A stretch of DNA of 64,000 nt from positions 74,030,001 through 74,094,000 of the forward strand of contig NC_086097.1 of assembly GCF_963921235.1 (NCBI RefSeq), given 5' to 3'. Origin of the DNA: Mobula hypostoma (lineage: Eukaryota). The notes below the pieces were generated by a model, which ran no database searches, was not told the origin of the DNA, and worked only from the letters and a program-made list of their open reading frames with translations. Below, in pieces: positions 13,670 through 26,764 of the stretch. The translations under genes and the position numbers were made by a program. Position 1 is the stretch's first letter; the number at the start of each line of letters is the position of its first letter.

Positions 13670-15090
13670 CTATGCAACCAAATGGTTGGAGTGTCCAAGG
13701 ACAGCTTCAACCTCTCACTGCTATAGAAAGAAGTTCCCTGCTTCAAAAGGGCATCAAATATATCACTGTCGATTTTCACAAATAAAATTAAGTGAGACAC
13801 TTTTATGTATAATGAAACATGCAACACCTTTTATAGAACCCCAAAACCTACAGATAAAAGTGTGTTAAACTCTTCTCATAATAATGTCATCATGTCAAAC
13901 CAGACTCTTAAAGTGAAACCCCAATAACCCAATTCAATGTCAGTGGTTGTGAATTATATACATTTCCACCAATTATGTTACCCTACACTAGAACCTAAGA
14001 AGAGCAGGGTGTGCTGCCACAATGATTGCCTAGTAGCACTCACATCTGCTGTGATGAAGTGCTTTGAGAGGTTGGTCCTATGTAGAACTAACTCTTGACT
14101 GAGCAAAGAGTTGGACTTGCTGAAATTTGTCTACCATCACAACAGGTTTACAGCAGATGCAATCTCACTGGCTCTCCACTGAGCTTTGGAGCAGCTGGAC
14201 AACAAGCATACTTACATCAAACTGCTGATTATCAATTACAGCTCACGATTCAACACCATCATCCTCTAGGTTTCTCCAATGACAAAACTGTTGTTGGCAA
14301 AACCTCAGATCATGATGAGCAGGCTTACAGGAGAGGACAGAAATAAGCCCTTTGGCCCATCTAATCTGTGCTGAACTATTATTCTGTCTAATATCATTGA
14401 TGCACCTGGACCACAGCCCTCCAAGTCCCTCCCATTCATGCACTTATCCAGACTTCTCTTAAATGTTGAAATAAAATCCACATCCACCATTTCCACTTGT
14501 TCCATTATCCTCTGAGTGAAGAGATTTCCTCAGGTTTCCCTTAAACATTTCACCCTTCACCCTTAACACATGATCTGTAATTCCAGCCTCAGCGTTTGAG
14601 GAAATTTGGTAAGTGACTAAAGACTCTAGCAAATTTGTACAGACGTATCACAGAGAAGATTCTGATTGCTGCAACAGCATCTGCAAATGCACAGGATTGT
14701 AAGAGGCTTTAAACTAAGCCGGCACCATCATGGGCTCACCACTCCCACCACTAAGGGCATTTTCAAAATGTGGCATCCATCATTAAGAACTCTCACTTTC
14801 TGTGACATCCCTCTGATTGCTACCATCAGAGAGGAGGTAAAGGAGCCTAAAGACAGCACTCAACATTTTTAGGAACAGCTTCTTCCCCTCTGCCATCAGA
14901 TTTCTCAACAGTACATGAACACTATCTCACTATTCCTCTTTTGCCCTATCTACCTATCTATTTATTTAGCTATCTGGCCATCTATTTACTTATTTACTGA
15001 AACTTATTGCAATTTGTTATGCCTGCACTGCTCTGCTGCCTCAGAACAACAAATTTCTCAACTGATGTCAGAAACAATAAACCTGATTTT
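13670..15090 (+). mobile_element. Rex1/Babar LINE fragments interrupted by the LTR and by a CR1 3' end (about 14335-14595, minus)
   Basis: A decayed FNLSLL..FKRAS motif before the LTR continues as PKKSRV...ALTSAVMKCFERLV after it. The 3' end has RNSFFPSAIRFLN and an AATAAA tail. Confidence 0.75.
13767..13987 (-). mobile_element. Second copy of the Gypsy LTR (solo-LTR-like)
   Basis: Homologous to 11295-11507, with the same GTTACCCTACA end. No PBS next to it. Confidence 0.8.
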
Positions 15091-16302
15091 GAAAGATGCA
15101 TTTGGGATTAAATTTAAATTGCACAAATGAACGTTTCAACAGACCATTGCAATCTTAAATATGACTAAGGAATTGTGCAAAAGCCTCAGAGTTAGCATTT
15201 CAATTCAGAACCAAAGTAGCTTCAGAGTACAGGAGATCATCGTGGCTGTAATCTCAATGCTAAAACTTTGTAAATCCAATCCAAAAATAACTTTAATGGT
15301 GTTTTTTCTCTCTCTCACTTGTATAATTTCTTTCTCTCCTTTCAATAGTTAATCAATTTTTCTTAAAGCAGGCAATAATTGCCTCTAGCTAATCATCCCA
15401 TTATCCAGATACCACAGTATGATAAGCAAGTTTAACATGCTTGTAACTTGAGTTTATGAAGACAATATAAAAACCAGTACAAGATAGTTATAGTCGCACA
15501 AGCATTCATCTGTATTACTAGTTTAAACTTGAAAATCATAATGATTTTCAATTAAAACAATAATCAGCACTAGACTCCATCAGTGAATAGACTTTTATTT
15601 TTATTTAGCACCAACTCGGTCAGGACATTTCCTTTAAGATCCTCTCTAATGCACTTATTGTATTTAAAATTGTTCTTCTTAATTTTTGAATTTTTATCTT
15701 TTATTTGAAAAACAGATTTGTCTTTTTAAAAGGTCACTGGGGTCTTCTCTCATCTGTTGTTACAAAGCTGCCTTTTCCTTTCCCTGTTCTTCAGGTACTG
15801 CGCTTCTAGGAATTGTCAAAATTGATGTAAAATATGCACCTTTGCAATTACTAACAGCACCACCAATCAAAATAGCTTTAATTGACTGCGTATATATACA
15901 CTGTGACAGCAAAATAATGCTTATTTAAATAAAATAATGATCATTTAAAGGTAGAATAAAATGAATGCATGTCAAAATACTACACAAAAAGGTATTTAAT
16001 AAATGCATGTTTTCTGTTAATATTACAAAATTTAAACCATAGTAATATATCACTGGTGTATTGTTATGGATAAGAATTATTCAAGTTGAGGCTTACTTGC
16101 AAACTTAGAAATTTTAAAAAAAAGGTAATTGTTTGTGTCATTGCCACCTTCTATTATCATGAAGTACAAATTCTAGATAAAAACAGCTCTCAAAACTTTG
16201 ACAAATCAGTCAACAAGTTTACTGCTCCAAGTAGCACTTTGTCAGCATTTAAAAAAGGACAATATCCTCAGATAGATTTTAACTGAGGAAACAGTAACTC
16301 AC

Positions 16303-16397
16303 ATAACAATCCTCTTCCTGAATAAAGGACAATCCAACGTAAAGGTTTCATACTCTCCACCTTCTCCACATACATGCACCCCATACTTCTGAGAAAT
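16303..16397 (-). CDS. DPH6: DPH6 internal coding exon (95 bp): [31 protein letters not shown]
   Basis: gttactgcag|ATTTCTCAG...ATTGTTAT|gtgagt. Contains the [10 protein letters not shown] signature of the diphthine-ammonia ligase family. Phase 0 start, phase 2 end. Confidence 0.97.
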
Positions 16398-17444
16398 CTG
16401 CAGTAACAGACACATTTAATTGTGAGTAAAAGCTTTATACCACAGGAAAACAATACAGTCATATTTCTTGTGCTTTGTTGTGCATTGATGAGGGTGTTTC
16501 ATTTTTGCTCCCATTCAAAATACATGCTCAAAACTGGAACTATGTTAATTTTGATGATCTGCATGTTTTTTCTTTACCTTTTTTTATATACTCTCTAAAG
16601 ATTTTTCCAAATGTAAGGAACACCACACATCAATGACATCACAGCATAATAAAATATGTTTCACCACATGCAGTCTTCAAAAATGCTATTAATTGTGAAT
16701 ATTTTAAAGAATGCAACTTCAACATTAAACGTGTCTTTGTTATCAAAATTCTCTATCATCTGGTCTAATCTTCTAGATTCCTTTTATAAAATATGACAGC
16801 ACAGAATGTATAGCCACTGGGTTATCTTGAATAGAAGCCTGTAAAAATGAGAAGACTTCAGCATGTACTCTAACTGAGCTGAGTTTAAACCAAAATCAAT
16901 CAGACTACTAAAATATGAAAAATATCACAGGAAAACCACAAACAATAGGGGGTTGTTCTGATGTTCTTGGCATCAAAGGGCAAATATTTCCCATTTATTG
17001 TTATAAACAAGCCATATAGAAGGCTTCTTTGAAGATGCATCTTCCAGCAAATCCCAAGCTTTTTGATTCAAAAACAAGGTATGAACTTCAAGCAGGAAGG
17101 TTTAGTTGCAGCTCCTTATTTACATTTTGAAAAGATAATCTTTTCTCCTTTCGAAGAAAATTGAGGTTATTTATAAAGAGTAACTGAGTGAAAGTGTACC
17201 AAATATCTCACTGTGATCCATGGAAGAGAGCCATATAGAAAGCCAAAATAAAGTCTTGAAATTCTCTTGGAACAATCCCTGTTGTTTGCATAAGCAGAAT
17301 TAAGTATTTTATACTGAAGCAAGTTCAGAAGCTACGTGCAAATGGTGTAGATTGCTGGTTCCCTTTCTTCGTACATCATTCATTTGAAATTCCAATAAGA
17401 ATTTGAATATCTTTTGTTCTCAGTTTGTCTGTACATTTCTCTGA

Positions 17445-17770
17445 ACCAACAGAACATAGAACAGTACAGTATAGCCCTTCAGCTCACGATGTAATGCCAA
17501 CCGTGTAACCTACTCCAAGATCAATCTAACCCTTCCCTCCCACACAGGCCTCCATTTTCCTTTCATCCAAGTGCCTATCCAAGTGTCTGTTAAATGTCCC
17601 TAATGTATCTTCCTCTAAAACCACCCCTAGCACTGTGTTCCAAATACCTACTACTCTGTTAAAAACTACTTCTGACATCCCACCTATACTTCCCTTCAAT
17701 CACTTTAACATTATGCTCTCTCATTGCTGTCATGGGAAAAAGGTGCTGACTATCCACTCAATGGACCTAA
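17445..17770 (-). mobile_element. CR1 LINE 3' end
   Basis: CR1-type AGAACATAGAACAGTACAG tail (plus-strand view) and 3' UTR. Confidence 0.7.
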
Positions 17771-19594
17771 GAGTTCAATTTCCAGTTCTACCTTCAGTTA
17801 TTTGTCTTCAGTGCTAAAAAAAAAGTCAAATTTTAGAACCACTCCTGCAGAACAGCATTTTAAACATTTACTGCATCAGACTGAAAATGGTGTCAATGTT
17901 ATTAGGGCAGAGGGAGCAGGAAACACAAACATAAATAGAATGTACAGGAAAAGGTAAAATGAGGAAATTGAGGTTTAACAAAGAAAGAATTATAGAAAAG
18001 GATGAGGATTTTGATGTCTGTTCAGATATCAAGTTAATCCATATATTGTGCCAATGACTTAGAAGATTTACTGAAGGTGTACTTCTCCAATGCTTTGAGA
18101 TGCTGCTACAAGTTATCTGTGTTTCTCATGCATTGAGGGGCAGTGCCTGGTAGCCCACATACTTTGCGCTGGACCTAAGGTCTCAGTCTTCAAGCACTAG
18201 TCTCTCAAGTGGAAGAAAGCTGTGCTGGAACACCGGAGATGGCAGAAGATTGCATCACTGCCACGAAGTAGTTTACAGATGAAGATAAAAAGAGCTAAGA
18301 ATGGAATCCTCTGGATAAACTTGTCCTCTTCCTCTGTACAAATTTAAAGTACAGTGTGGCACAAAGACTTTTTATGGTAATATTCACTTTTCCTATTAAA
18401 AAGATGGTGGCATCACTAAACCAAAGAACGTAGTCCAGATTCATATTCAAACGGGGAATCTGGCAGCTCCGTGCCATCTGGAAGGCCAGTAATCTCTGCA
18501 AACACAATCATTTTCCCACAATGTCTTGGGCTTTGATTTTCAGTTGATACTTAAAATATTAATCCTGAAGTTCCTTGCCAAGGTTTAAGCCACAGGGGTT
18601 ACTGATCCTGGAATTTTTTATTGCCAGCAAACAAGTTTGAAACAAATGCATGTACAACTAAAACTGGTTGGTTTAACTTTACTAACAGTTGCAGAAGTTT
18701 TGGATTTTCCATGACTAGGATAAGTTAAGTTCCAAACTTCACAGGTCACACTTTCTTACTCCTTATAATTTTATAAACACACCTGAGTAGACTCAATGAA
18801 CAATGCAGGAGAAACAGAGGGAGCAATCCCTTTTAAGAGATCTCATTGCTGTAATCTGCTATAAGCCACCTTATTTCAAGTAATTCTAGAGCTCTGGCTA
18901 CATGCCAGACCTCCAGTACTTTATGATAGAGACAGACTGCCATGCAGGTTTTTCTGATACACAAAAAAAAACTTGAAAACCTTTCTCGCACAACTTGATA
19001 ATCTCCATCAGTTCACGTCAGGGAGTGAATGTAGTAAATTATGGATTAATAAATGAGAAAGATAAAACATTTTCAAGAACTAAGGACACTGTACCAAAAG
19101 TCATCAGGCTGTTTCTTTATTCACAGCCACTTTACTTCAAAATGTCAGAAAAAGCGGTTTTAAAAATTTGATCTTAAGAGTTAATAAAAAGCAAGTATTC
19201 TTTAGAAGCCAAAGTGAAATCTCGGAGATTCATCTGAAAAGTCAGATTTTAGTTTAAAACATTTCTTAGACATTGGCTTTTATTCCAGTTTTCCAAAGGT
19301 CTGAATAAGGCAGAACATTTAAGACAAAAAGTTAGCATTTGGCAAAATGCCTCAAGATTGTAAGTCATGGTAGTCAGCTGCCACCAGCTTGTCTGCATAC
19401 AGAGTTATACTTAACTTTCAGATGAACTCAGACAATATAACTTAACTGCAAGAGATTTGCACAGAATTTTTATTTCATTCAAACCATTTACGAACTTAAG
19501 ATTTCACAGTTCAAAACAGTTCAGTTGTATGAACTGGAGAATAGGTTTCTATTTACCATCTCCATTTTTTCTGAATGTTTGAAAATCAGTTTAC

Positions 19595-19656
19595 CTGATT
19601 GAGATATGGTTCCATCTGATCCAAAGTTTTCCCAAGATGTTTCTCTGGATCAAGAC
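19595..19656 (-). CDS. DPH6: DPH6 internal coding exon (62 bp): (G)LDPEKHLGKTLDQMEPYLNQ
   Basis: The minus strand reads ctttaattacag|GTCTTGATCC...CTCAATCAG|gtaaac. The peptide matches my recollection of human DPH6 GLDPDKHLGKTLDQMEPYLIE. It ends in phase 0, compatible with the next exon. Confidence 0.95.
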
Positions 19657-20794
19657 CTGTTAATTAAAGTGTGTTTTAATGAGACAATTTTTGAAAGCCA
19701 TTTTAAACACATTTCAGAATCATCACCCATCCCCGAACCCCCTAAAACAAATTCAACTATTAACAAAGGATAACAGCAGGATGAAATTAAGAACTGATAC
19801 AGTGAAACAAAATAATCACTACCCTGATCATTAATGACCACCATCAGCCTTAATCAGTAAATAACTCTAATCCACATAAACAATGCTAAAACAAGCAATG
19901 AGATATATTCAGTAATGGTAAAAGCACAAGAAAAATTTAAGATAGTCACTTGACAAGAGTGAACAAAAAAAATCACTTGCTTACAAGTGATGAAAACCCC
20001 TGCCCAATCTTAAAGAAAAGGACTTAACATAAAAACAAGTGAAATGTCAGTGAGCCACCATCCAAAGAAACTGTGAGGATCATGGCCTCATAGACGTAGT
20101 GCAGCTAGTTTAAATTTTGGGATGCTGGTTCTTTGGTATTGAACAACGGAATGCAAAGAAACCCATTTAGCTTGTTAGAATTTTGGATTGAAAGCACCAT
20201 GCAGATATCAATTCTGATAGGGTTCTCAAGATTGTGGCAGTCTTTTGATGGATTTCCAGGAAACCTTAACTTTTCAAGGGCATCCTGACAAAGAAAGAGC
20301 ACTAACATGCACTCTCACATACAGTGCTTAATTAGTCGAATCTGCTACTATTTTTATGATTCACAAAAATTATAAGAGAACTCTTATATTTAGAGGAATA
20401 TCATTTACTTTTATGTTAATATATAGACAAACAGTTTTTTTTACATCTTGTAAAGGAACCATGGCTATTACATGTATTAGCAAGTGATATAAACCTTCAC
20501 ACATAATGTATTAAAATTTAGTGGAGGTAACTGATTCTGTTCTCTACCAATTTTGGTTCTCTAGCAAGAAATAGATTTCACTACCCTCCCAAAAACATCT
20601 TATTTTTTGCAATCATCAGGTTAAATTGTTGGCAATTCGTTTCACAGCTGAAAAATTTCAAGCCCCCGTCTCACTGGCCAAGTGAATTCATACACCAAGA
20701 GCAACCTCTCAGCAAAGGCAGACATGGATGAAGAAATTGGCCTCTTTCAAATCTACTAACAGAGCTGTTAATCAATTGGAGAAGAGTTTTCTTT

Positions 20795-20874
20795 CTTTCT
20801 TTTTAAATCTTTTTATTGAATGAGTATACAAAAAGGTAAGCCATATAGACACTAATACACTGTTAGAATATAAG
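20795..20874 (-). mobile_element. 80-bp 5'-truncated L1-like 3' end with 11-bp TSD
   Basis: GAGTTTTCTTT at 20784-20794 and 20875-20885; AATAAA and an A-rich tail on the minus strand. Confidence 0.7.
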
Positions 20875-20939
20875 GAGTTTTCTTTTATCAAGTGTAGTCT
20901 ACCAACGGTAGTAATCCCTGCTTCCAATATTCTTGACAC

Positions 20940-21460
20940 CCGAACAACCTACAGCAAGCATCCCAAGGCACTGAAAAAAATATCAGTAATTCTGTCTCTG
21001 AAAAATTCTCCAAATCCACTGCAATGATAAGTGAACCACCTTCACTGTGCTCTCTTTGCACAACATCCTTGGTAGAAGCACCAGCAACACACTCTGCAGG
21101 TCAAGCTGTTCACATGCCCCAACAGGAGACTTCCAAAAAGATACTCTAATCCAAGCTCTGTCACAGGAAGAGATTGCAATGTGAAGATTCAAGTCTGTGC
21201 TCAAAGGCTGCAAAGGATTGCCCATTTCTCACTAGCTTCTGCAAACTGCATGTACACAACTGCGCAAAATGAAGGAGCCGCATACAGGTTGACATTGAGA
21301 AACTTAAAGACATCTGTTGAGAGTGCACAAATGCCCTTCTGAAGAAGACCACCTAACAAATAACCCATTCCCTTCACACCATCCACCATCAAAAGTCCCA
21401 TCCGTGGAAGATTCTGCAATTCCCACAAAGGCCTCATCTGCCATCTTAGAACCAGAGTGA
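20940..21460 (+). mobile_element. Degenerate RTE-like LINE 3' region
   Basis: Decayed RLPK and C-terminal motifs. Weak similarity only. Confidence 0.4.
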
Positions 21461-23034
21461 ACCCAAGGGTCTGCCTTTCACAAGATAATGGGAAAATCTC
21501 AGCTGTGCTTTGATGAAGAAACTTGAAGATGTATTTTAAGCCACTTAAAAAAATACTGTACCTCTGCAATTTCAATCATGCTTCTGTTGAGAAATCAGGA
21601 ATTTATCATGGAAAAAAAACAAAGTCTAACCTGTTACCACTGTGAACAGAAAAGACCTGCTTCCTTAAAGCTCTGGTCTGTAAAAGGCACCAAACTCTAT
21701 CTTACTTAGCTTTATAAAAAAAAAGGACCATTAGCACAATTCACTCTCTGTGCTCAGCAACAAAGCATGAACAAGGGCAGCAATTAGTGCACTGCAGTTT
21801 TTCTCAGAACTCTAGGCTAAATAGTATGAGTAAAAAGTCAGGTTTCTTATTGCTGGTCATTATCCAGTAGCTTCTGGGAAAGTATATATACTTATGACAG
21901 GCTCACTAATTTATCCTTTGATTAGAAACAGCAGCACCTGTGATTTGGAACTTACCTGCAAACCATCTACAGTAGCCATACAATGTCTTATGTGCTATTC
22001 TTTAAGTTGGACAGGACTGCATTCTGGTGACATAATGACAACTGTAAACTACATATTAAAAGGTAAAATTAACAGAAAGCAACTTTCAGTGAATGCTTCA
22101 TTGCATTGTTCCTTTGCTGCTGCTAAGTTAACAAATTTCACGACACATGCCGGTGATAATAAACCCGATTCTAATTCTGGTGGAAGATGGCACTAGCATT
22201 TAAATCACTGCCTATTATCTAACCTTACTATTACCTTCTTAGCAATACATCATGGAAGGCATGGAATAAATATTGCACATATCTCAATTAACTAAATGGG
22301 TATCAAAAAGACCGCAGACGTTGCTAATCAAAAATATACACAGGAATTGGCGGAAATACCCATTTATAATATTGGCTTGTTTTTCTCGTTCCATTAGTAC
22401 AATCGGGCCTTCTGGCTATGTCACTACAGCTCTGCAGTTAATAATACACAATAATCTTTTAGTATCCCCATAAACCCTTTTGAATTAGGCTCAACCTTTA
22501 TCCTATCTATTCTTCTCACCATCTGCTCTAAATCTTAAAATAATCTTTTATTGCCTTGTGATCTCAGATCCAATGAAGGATCTCTGACCTAGGATGTTAA
22601 TTCTGTTTCAATTTTTGCAGATGCTGCCTAACATGTTGAATGTTTCTAGTAGTTTTTATTCCAATTATGCTCTTTTAAAACTTATTCAGAATCATTCAAA
22701 CAGATATGATTATCTAATCATATCAAGTATTAGGATCAGTACTTGTGCAGTTTACTTGAGGAGAACCAAGGAAATGTAAGCAGTGCCATTCAGGTACAAG
22801 ATACATCATTTTAGGTAAAGTTTTGGAAAAATATTGTTGAACACCAATGAAGGTCATAAACATGTCTACTGGGAGCTGGATTTTACAACCAAGTTATTAG
22901 GAACTTCGTCACAATAGGGAACTCATTGCTTAATAGTCACAAAAGAAGAACTGATTTCATTCTTGTAGTTTGGCAAAACTTTAACCTATGTCATACAGAA
23001 AATATTATGCCAACTTAGTCTCCAGAAAACTCGA

Positions 23035-23718
23035 AAATGGAACACACACTAATCCTCATAGAGGGATCAGAGGTGGAGAGAGTGAGCAGCTTCAAGTTCC
23101 TGGGTGTTAAGATCTCTGAGAATCTAACCTGGTCCCAACATATTGATGTAGTTATAAAGAAGGCAAGACAGCGGCTATACTTTATACACTCAAAAACTTC
23201 TATAGTTGTACCATGGAGAGCATTCTGATAGGCTGCATCGCTGTCTGGTATGGAGGGGCTACTGCACAGGACTGAAAGAAGCTGCACAAGGTTGTAAATC
23301 TAGTCCATCTTGGGTACTAGCCTACAAAGTAACCAGGACATCTTCAGGGAGCAGTGTCTCAGAAAGGCAGTGTCCATTATTAAGGACCTCCAGCACCCAG
23401 GGCATGCCTTTTTCTCACTGTAACCATCAGGTAGGAGGTACAGAAGTCTGAAAGCACAGACTCAGTGATTCAGGAACAGCTTCTTCTCCTTTACCATCTG
23501 ATTCCTAAACCGACATTGAATCTTTGGACACTACCTCACTTTTTTAAAAAATATACAGTCTTTCTGTTTTCGCACGTTTTCTAAAAATCTATTCAATATA
23601 TGCAATTGATTTACTTGTTTATTTACTATAATTTTTAAAAAAATTTTATTTATTATTATTACTTTTTTTCTCTCTGCTGGATTTTGTATTGTATTGAACT
23701 GCTGCTGCTAAGTTAATC
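23035..23718 (+). mobile_element. Rex1/Babar LINE 3' portion
   Basis: IEGSEVERVSSFKFLGVKISENLTWSQHIDVVIKKARQRLYF and RNSFFSFTI, followed by an AT-rich 3' UTR. Confidence 0.85.
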
Positions 23719-23811
23719 ATTGGAACGTACCTATGCAGAACTCCATGCAAATATCCCCTGAACATTTACCACATTTCTTCCGTATGTTTCCCTGAGAAAA
23801 TTGTTTCCACT

Positions 23812-25410
23812 TTATGCAGTTGATCGAGAAGATCCTGAGAGGCAGGATTTATGAACATTTGGAGAGGCATAATATGATTAGGAATAGTCAGCATGGCTTT
23901 GTCAAAGGCAGGTCGTGCCTTTCGAGCCTGATTGAATTTTTTGAGGATGTGACTAAACACATTGATGAAGGTAGAGCAGTAGACATAGTGTATATGGATT
24001 TCAGCAACGCATTTGATAAGGTACCCCATGCAAGGCTTATTGAGAAAGTAAGGAGGCATGGGATCCAAGGGGACATTGCTTTGTGGATCCAGAACTGGCT
24101 TTCCCACAGAAGGCAAAGAGTGGTTGCAGACAGGTCCCACACTAGCAGTCTCAGGAAGAGCTTCTTCCCTGATGCTGCAACCCTGCTGAACCTCACATTA
24201 CAGCACTAAGCAGTATTGCACCCATATTGGACTGTCTCAGTACTTTTATATTTGTATGTTGTAACACTTACTTTTTATTCGCAGTTATTTTGTAAATAAT
24301 ACTATTCTTTTGTACTTCTGGTCAGATGCTAATTGCATTTCATTGGCTTTGTATCTGTACTCGGCACAATGACAATAAAGCTGAATCTAATCCAATATTC
24401 TGCATGGAGGTCAGTAACCAGTGGTGTGCCCCAGGTATCTGTTCTGGGACCCCTATTTTTCGTGATTTTTATAAATGACCTGGATGAAGAAGTGGAGGGA
24501 TGGGTTAGTAAATTTGCTGATGACACAAAGGTTGGGGGTGTTGTGGATAGTGTGGAGGATTGTCAGAGGTTACAGCAGTACATTGCTAGGATGCAAAACC
24601 AGGCTGAGAAGTGGCAGATAGAGTTCAACCCTGTTAAGTGTGAGGTGGTTCATTTTGGTAGGTCAAGAATATAGTATTAATGGTAAGACTCTTGGCAGTG
24701 TGGAGGATCAGAGGGATCTTGGAGTCCAAGTCCATAGGACACTCAAAGCTGCTGTGCAAGTTGACTCTGTGGTTAAGAAAGCATATGGCGCATTGGCCTT
24801 CATCAATCGTGGGATTGAGTTTAAGAGCCAAGAGGTAATGTTGCAACTATGTAGGACCCTGGTCAGACCCCACTTGGAGTACTGTACTCAGTTCTGGTCG
24901 CCTCACTACAGGAACGATGTGGAAACTATAGAAAGGATGCAGAGGAGATTTACAAGGATATTGCCTGGATTGGGGAGCATGCCTTATGAGAATAGGTCAA
25001 GTGAACTCGGCCTTTTTTCCTTGGAGCGACGGAGGATGAGTGGTGACCTGATAAAAGTATATAAGATGATGAGAGGCATTGATCATATGGATAGTCAGAG
25101 GCTTTTTCCCAGGGTTGAAATGGCTAACACAAGCGGGCACAGCTTTAAGATGCCTGGAAGTAAGTAATGCGGGGATGTCAGGGTAAGTTTTTTTTTACAC
25201 AGAGAGTGGTGGATGCGTGGAATGGGCTGCCAGTGACAGTGGTGGAGACGGAAACGACAGGGTCTTTTAAGAGACTCCTGGATAGGTACATGGCGCTTAG
25301 AAAAATAGAGGGCTATGAGTAACCGTAGGTAATTTCTAAGGTAAGGACATGTTCGGCACAGCATTGTGCTGAAGGGCCTGTATTGTGCTGTAGGTTTTCT
25401 ATGTTTCTAA
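23812..25410 (+). mobile_element. CR1 LINE RT and 3' end, with a nested Rex-type 3' end at about 24132-24395
   Basis: SQHGFVKGRSCL, VYMDFSNAFDKVPH, VTSGVPQVSVLGP, KFADDTK and LVRPHLEYC; tail TTCTATGTTTCTA. Confidence 0.92.
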
Positions 25411-25548
25411 CTTACCAACCACTGAAGTAACCAATATAGTTTGTGAGATTATTATAACTGAATGTACTTATAATTGATGCTTGAAATATCTATAATACAG
25501 GTGTATGCTCGAAGTGTTATTTCCATTCAACAAAAACTGGAAACATAT

Positions 25549-26370
25549 CATCATCATCATCATCATCAGGTGCCATGCCCAGTTTGAGCTTTGACTGCCA
25601 TGGCCCACACACTCCTGTTTTGGGTCAAGTGGATTAATTCATTGGTATTCATTTCCAGTTCTATGGCTGCTGTCTCCATCATCATTTGTCTTTGTCTTCC
25701 TCTTGCTTTCTTCCCTTACAATCTTTTCCATAATTACTGTACATTCTAACTCCGCTTTCCTAATCACATGTCCAATGAAGTTACATTGCCTTTTCATGAT
25801 CTCATACATTATTTCTCTTTTTGTGTTTGCTCTGTTCATGACATCCTCGTTAGATATTCATTTCGTCCATGATATTCTTTGCATCCTCCTCAAAAACCAC
25901 ATCTCTGCTGCTTCAATTCATTTCTTCATGTTACTAGTTATTGTCCAAGATTCTGAGCCATATAACATAACTGGATAAACGTAACACTTCAGTACTATGA
26001 GGCAGGTTGTCGTGCCTACTTTAGTATTGGTCAGTATACTCTTCATTCTCGTAAAGGTGTCTTTTGCCATCTCTATTCTTCTTTTGATGTCCAAGTCTCA
26101 CCTGCCATCTGATGTCACCCACCTTCCTAAGTAGCAAAAGTTCTGTATTGTTTTATGACTTCCCCATTTAGTCTCCGCCTGCAGATAGGATTCTCCTTCT
26201 TTTTGGATATCACCATACATTCTGTCTTTTTGCAATTGATGTCGGGCCCATTGCTGGTTGTCATCTTCATCAATAATTTCAGATATGCAGATAACACTGT
26301 GCTAATTGCAAGTATGGATGAAGAACTACAAAATTTAATTGATATAATTGTTGAAGAAAGTGCAAAAATA
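25549..26370 (-). mobile_element. RTE LINE 3' fragment with (GAT)n tail, 5' inversion and 9-bp TSD
   Basis: TSD GAAACATAT at 25540-25548 and 26371-26379. Body INCKKTECMVIS...FIGHVIRK on minus; inverted piece INNFRYADNTVLIA...EESAK on plus. Confidence 0.9.
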
Positions 26371-26764
26371 GAAACATATACATTTATAAAATTGAACTGA
26401 AGTTAAAATATTTCAATTGTTATGATACAACATGCCATTGCAGAAGGTACTTGGTTTACAGAAGTTAACCCTGTGAAGGCTTTAGGCCTTAAAAATCACA
26501 GGCTCTATTGAGTACATTTAGCAGTTCTGTCAGTGAAACTAATGCTTATATTGCATAAGCTATAGAGCTCCAACACAAATAGCATAAAATTTTATGTCAG
26601 AAGTGTTTTTACAGAAAGTCTAAAATCAGTGTTATTTGTGCAAGAACCTTTTTAATCTAAGGTGCAGACATTACTCAGTGCACAAGGCATGCAGATACCA
26701 TATTGAGACTGTTTGAAATCTGATCTAGGTTATCTTTTTAAATATGGAAGGAACTTGTAGAGAA

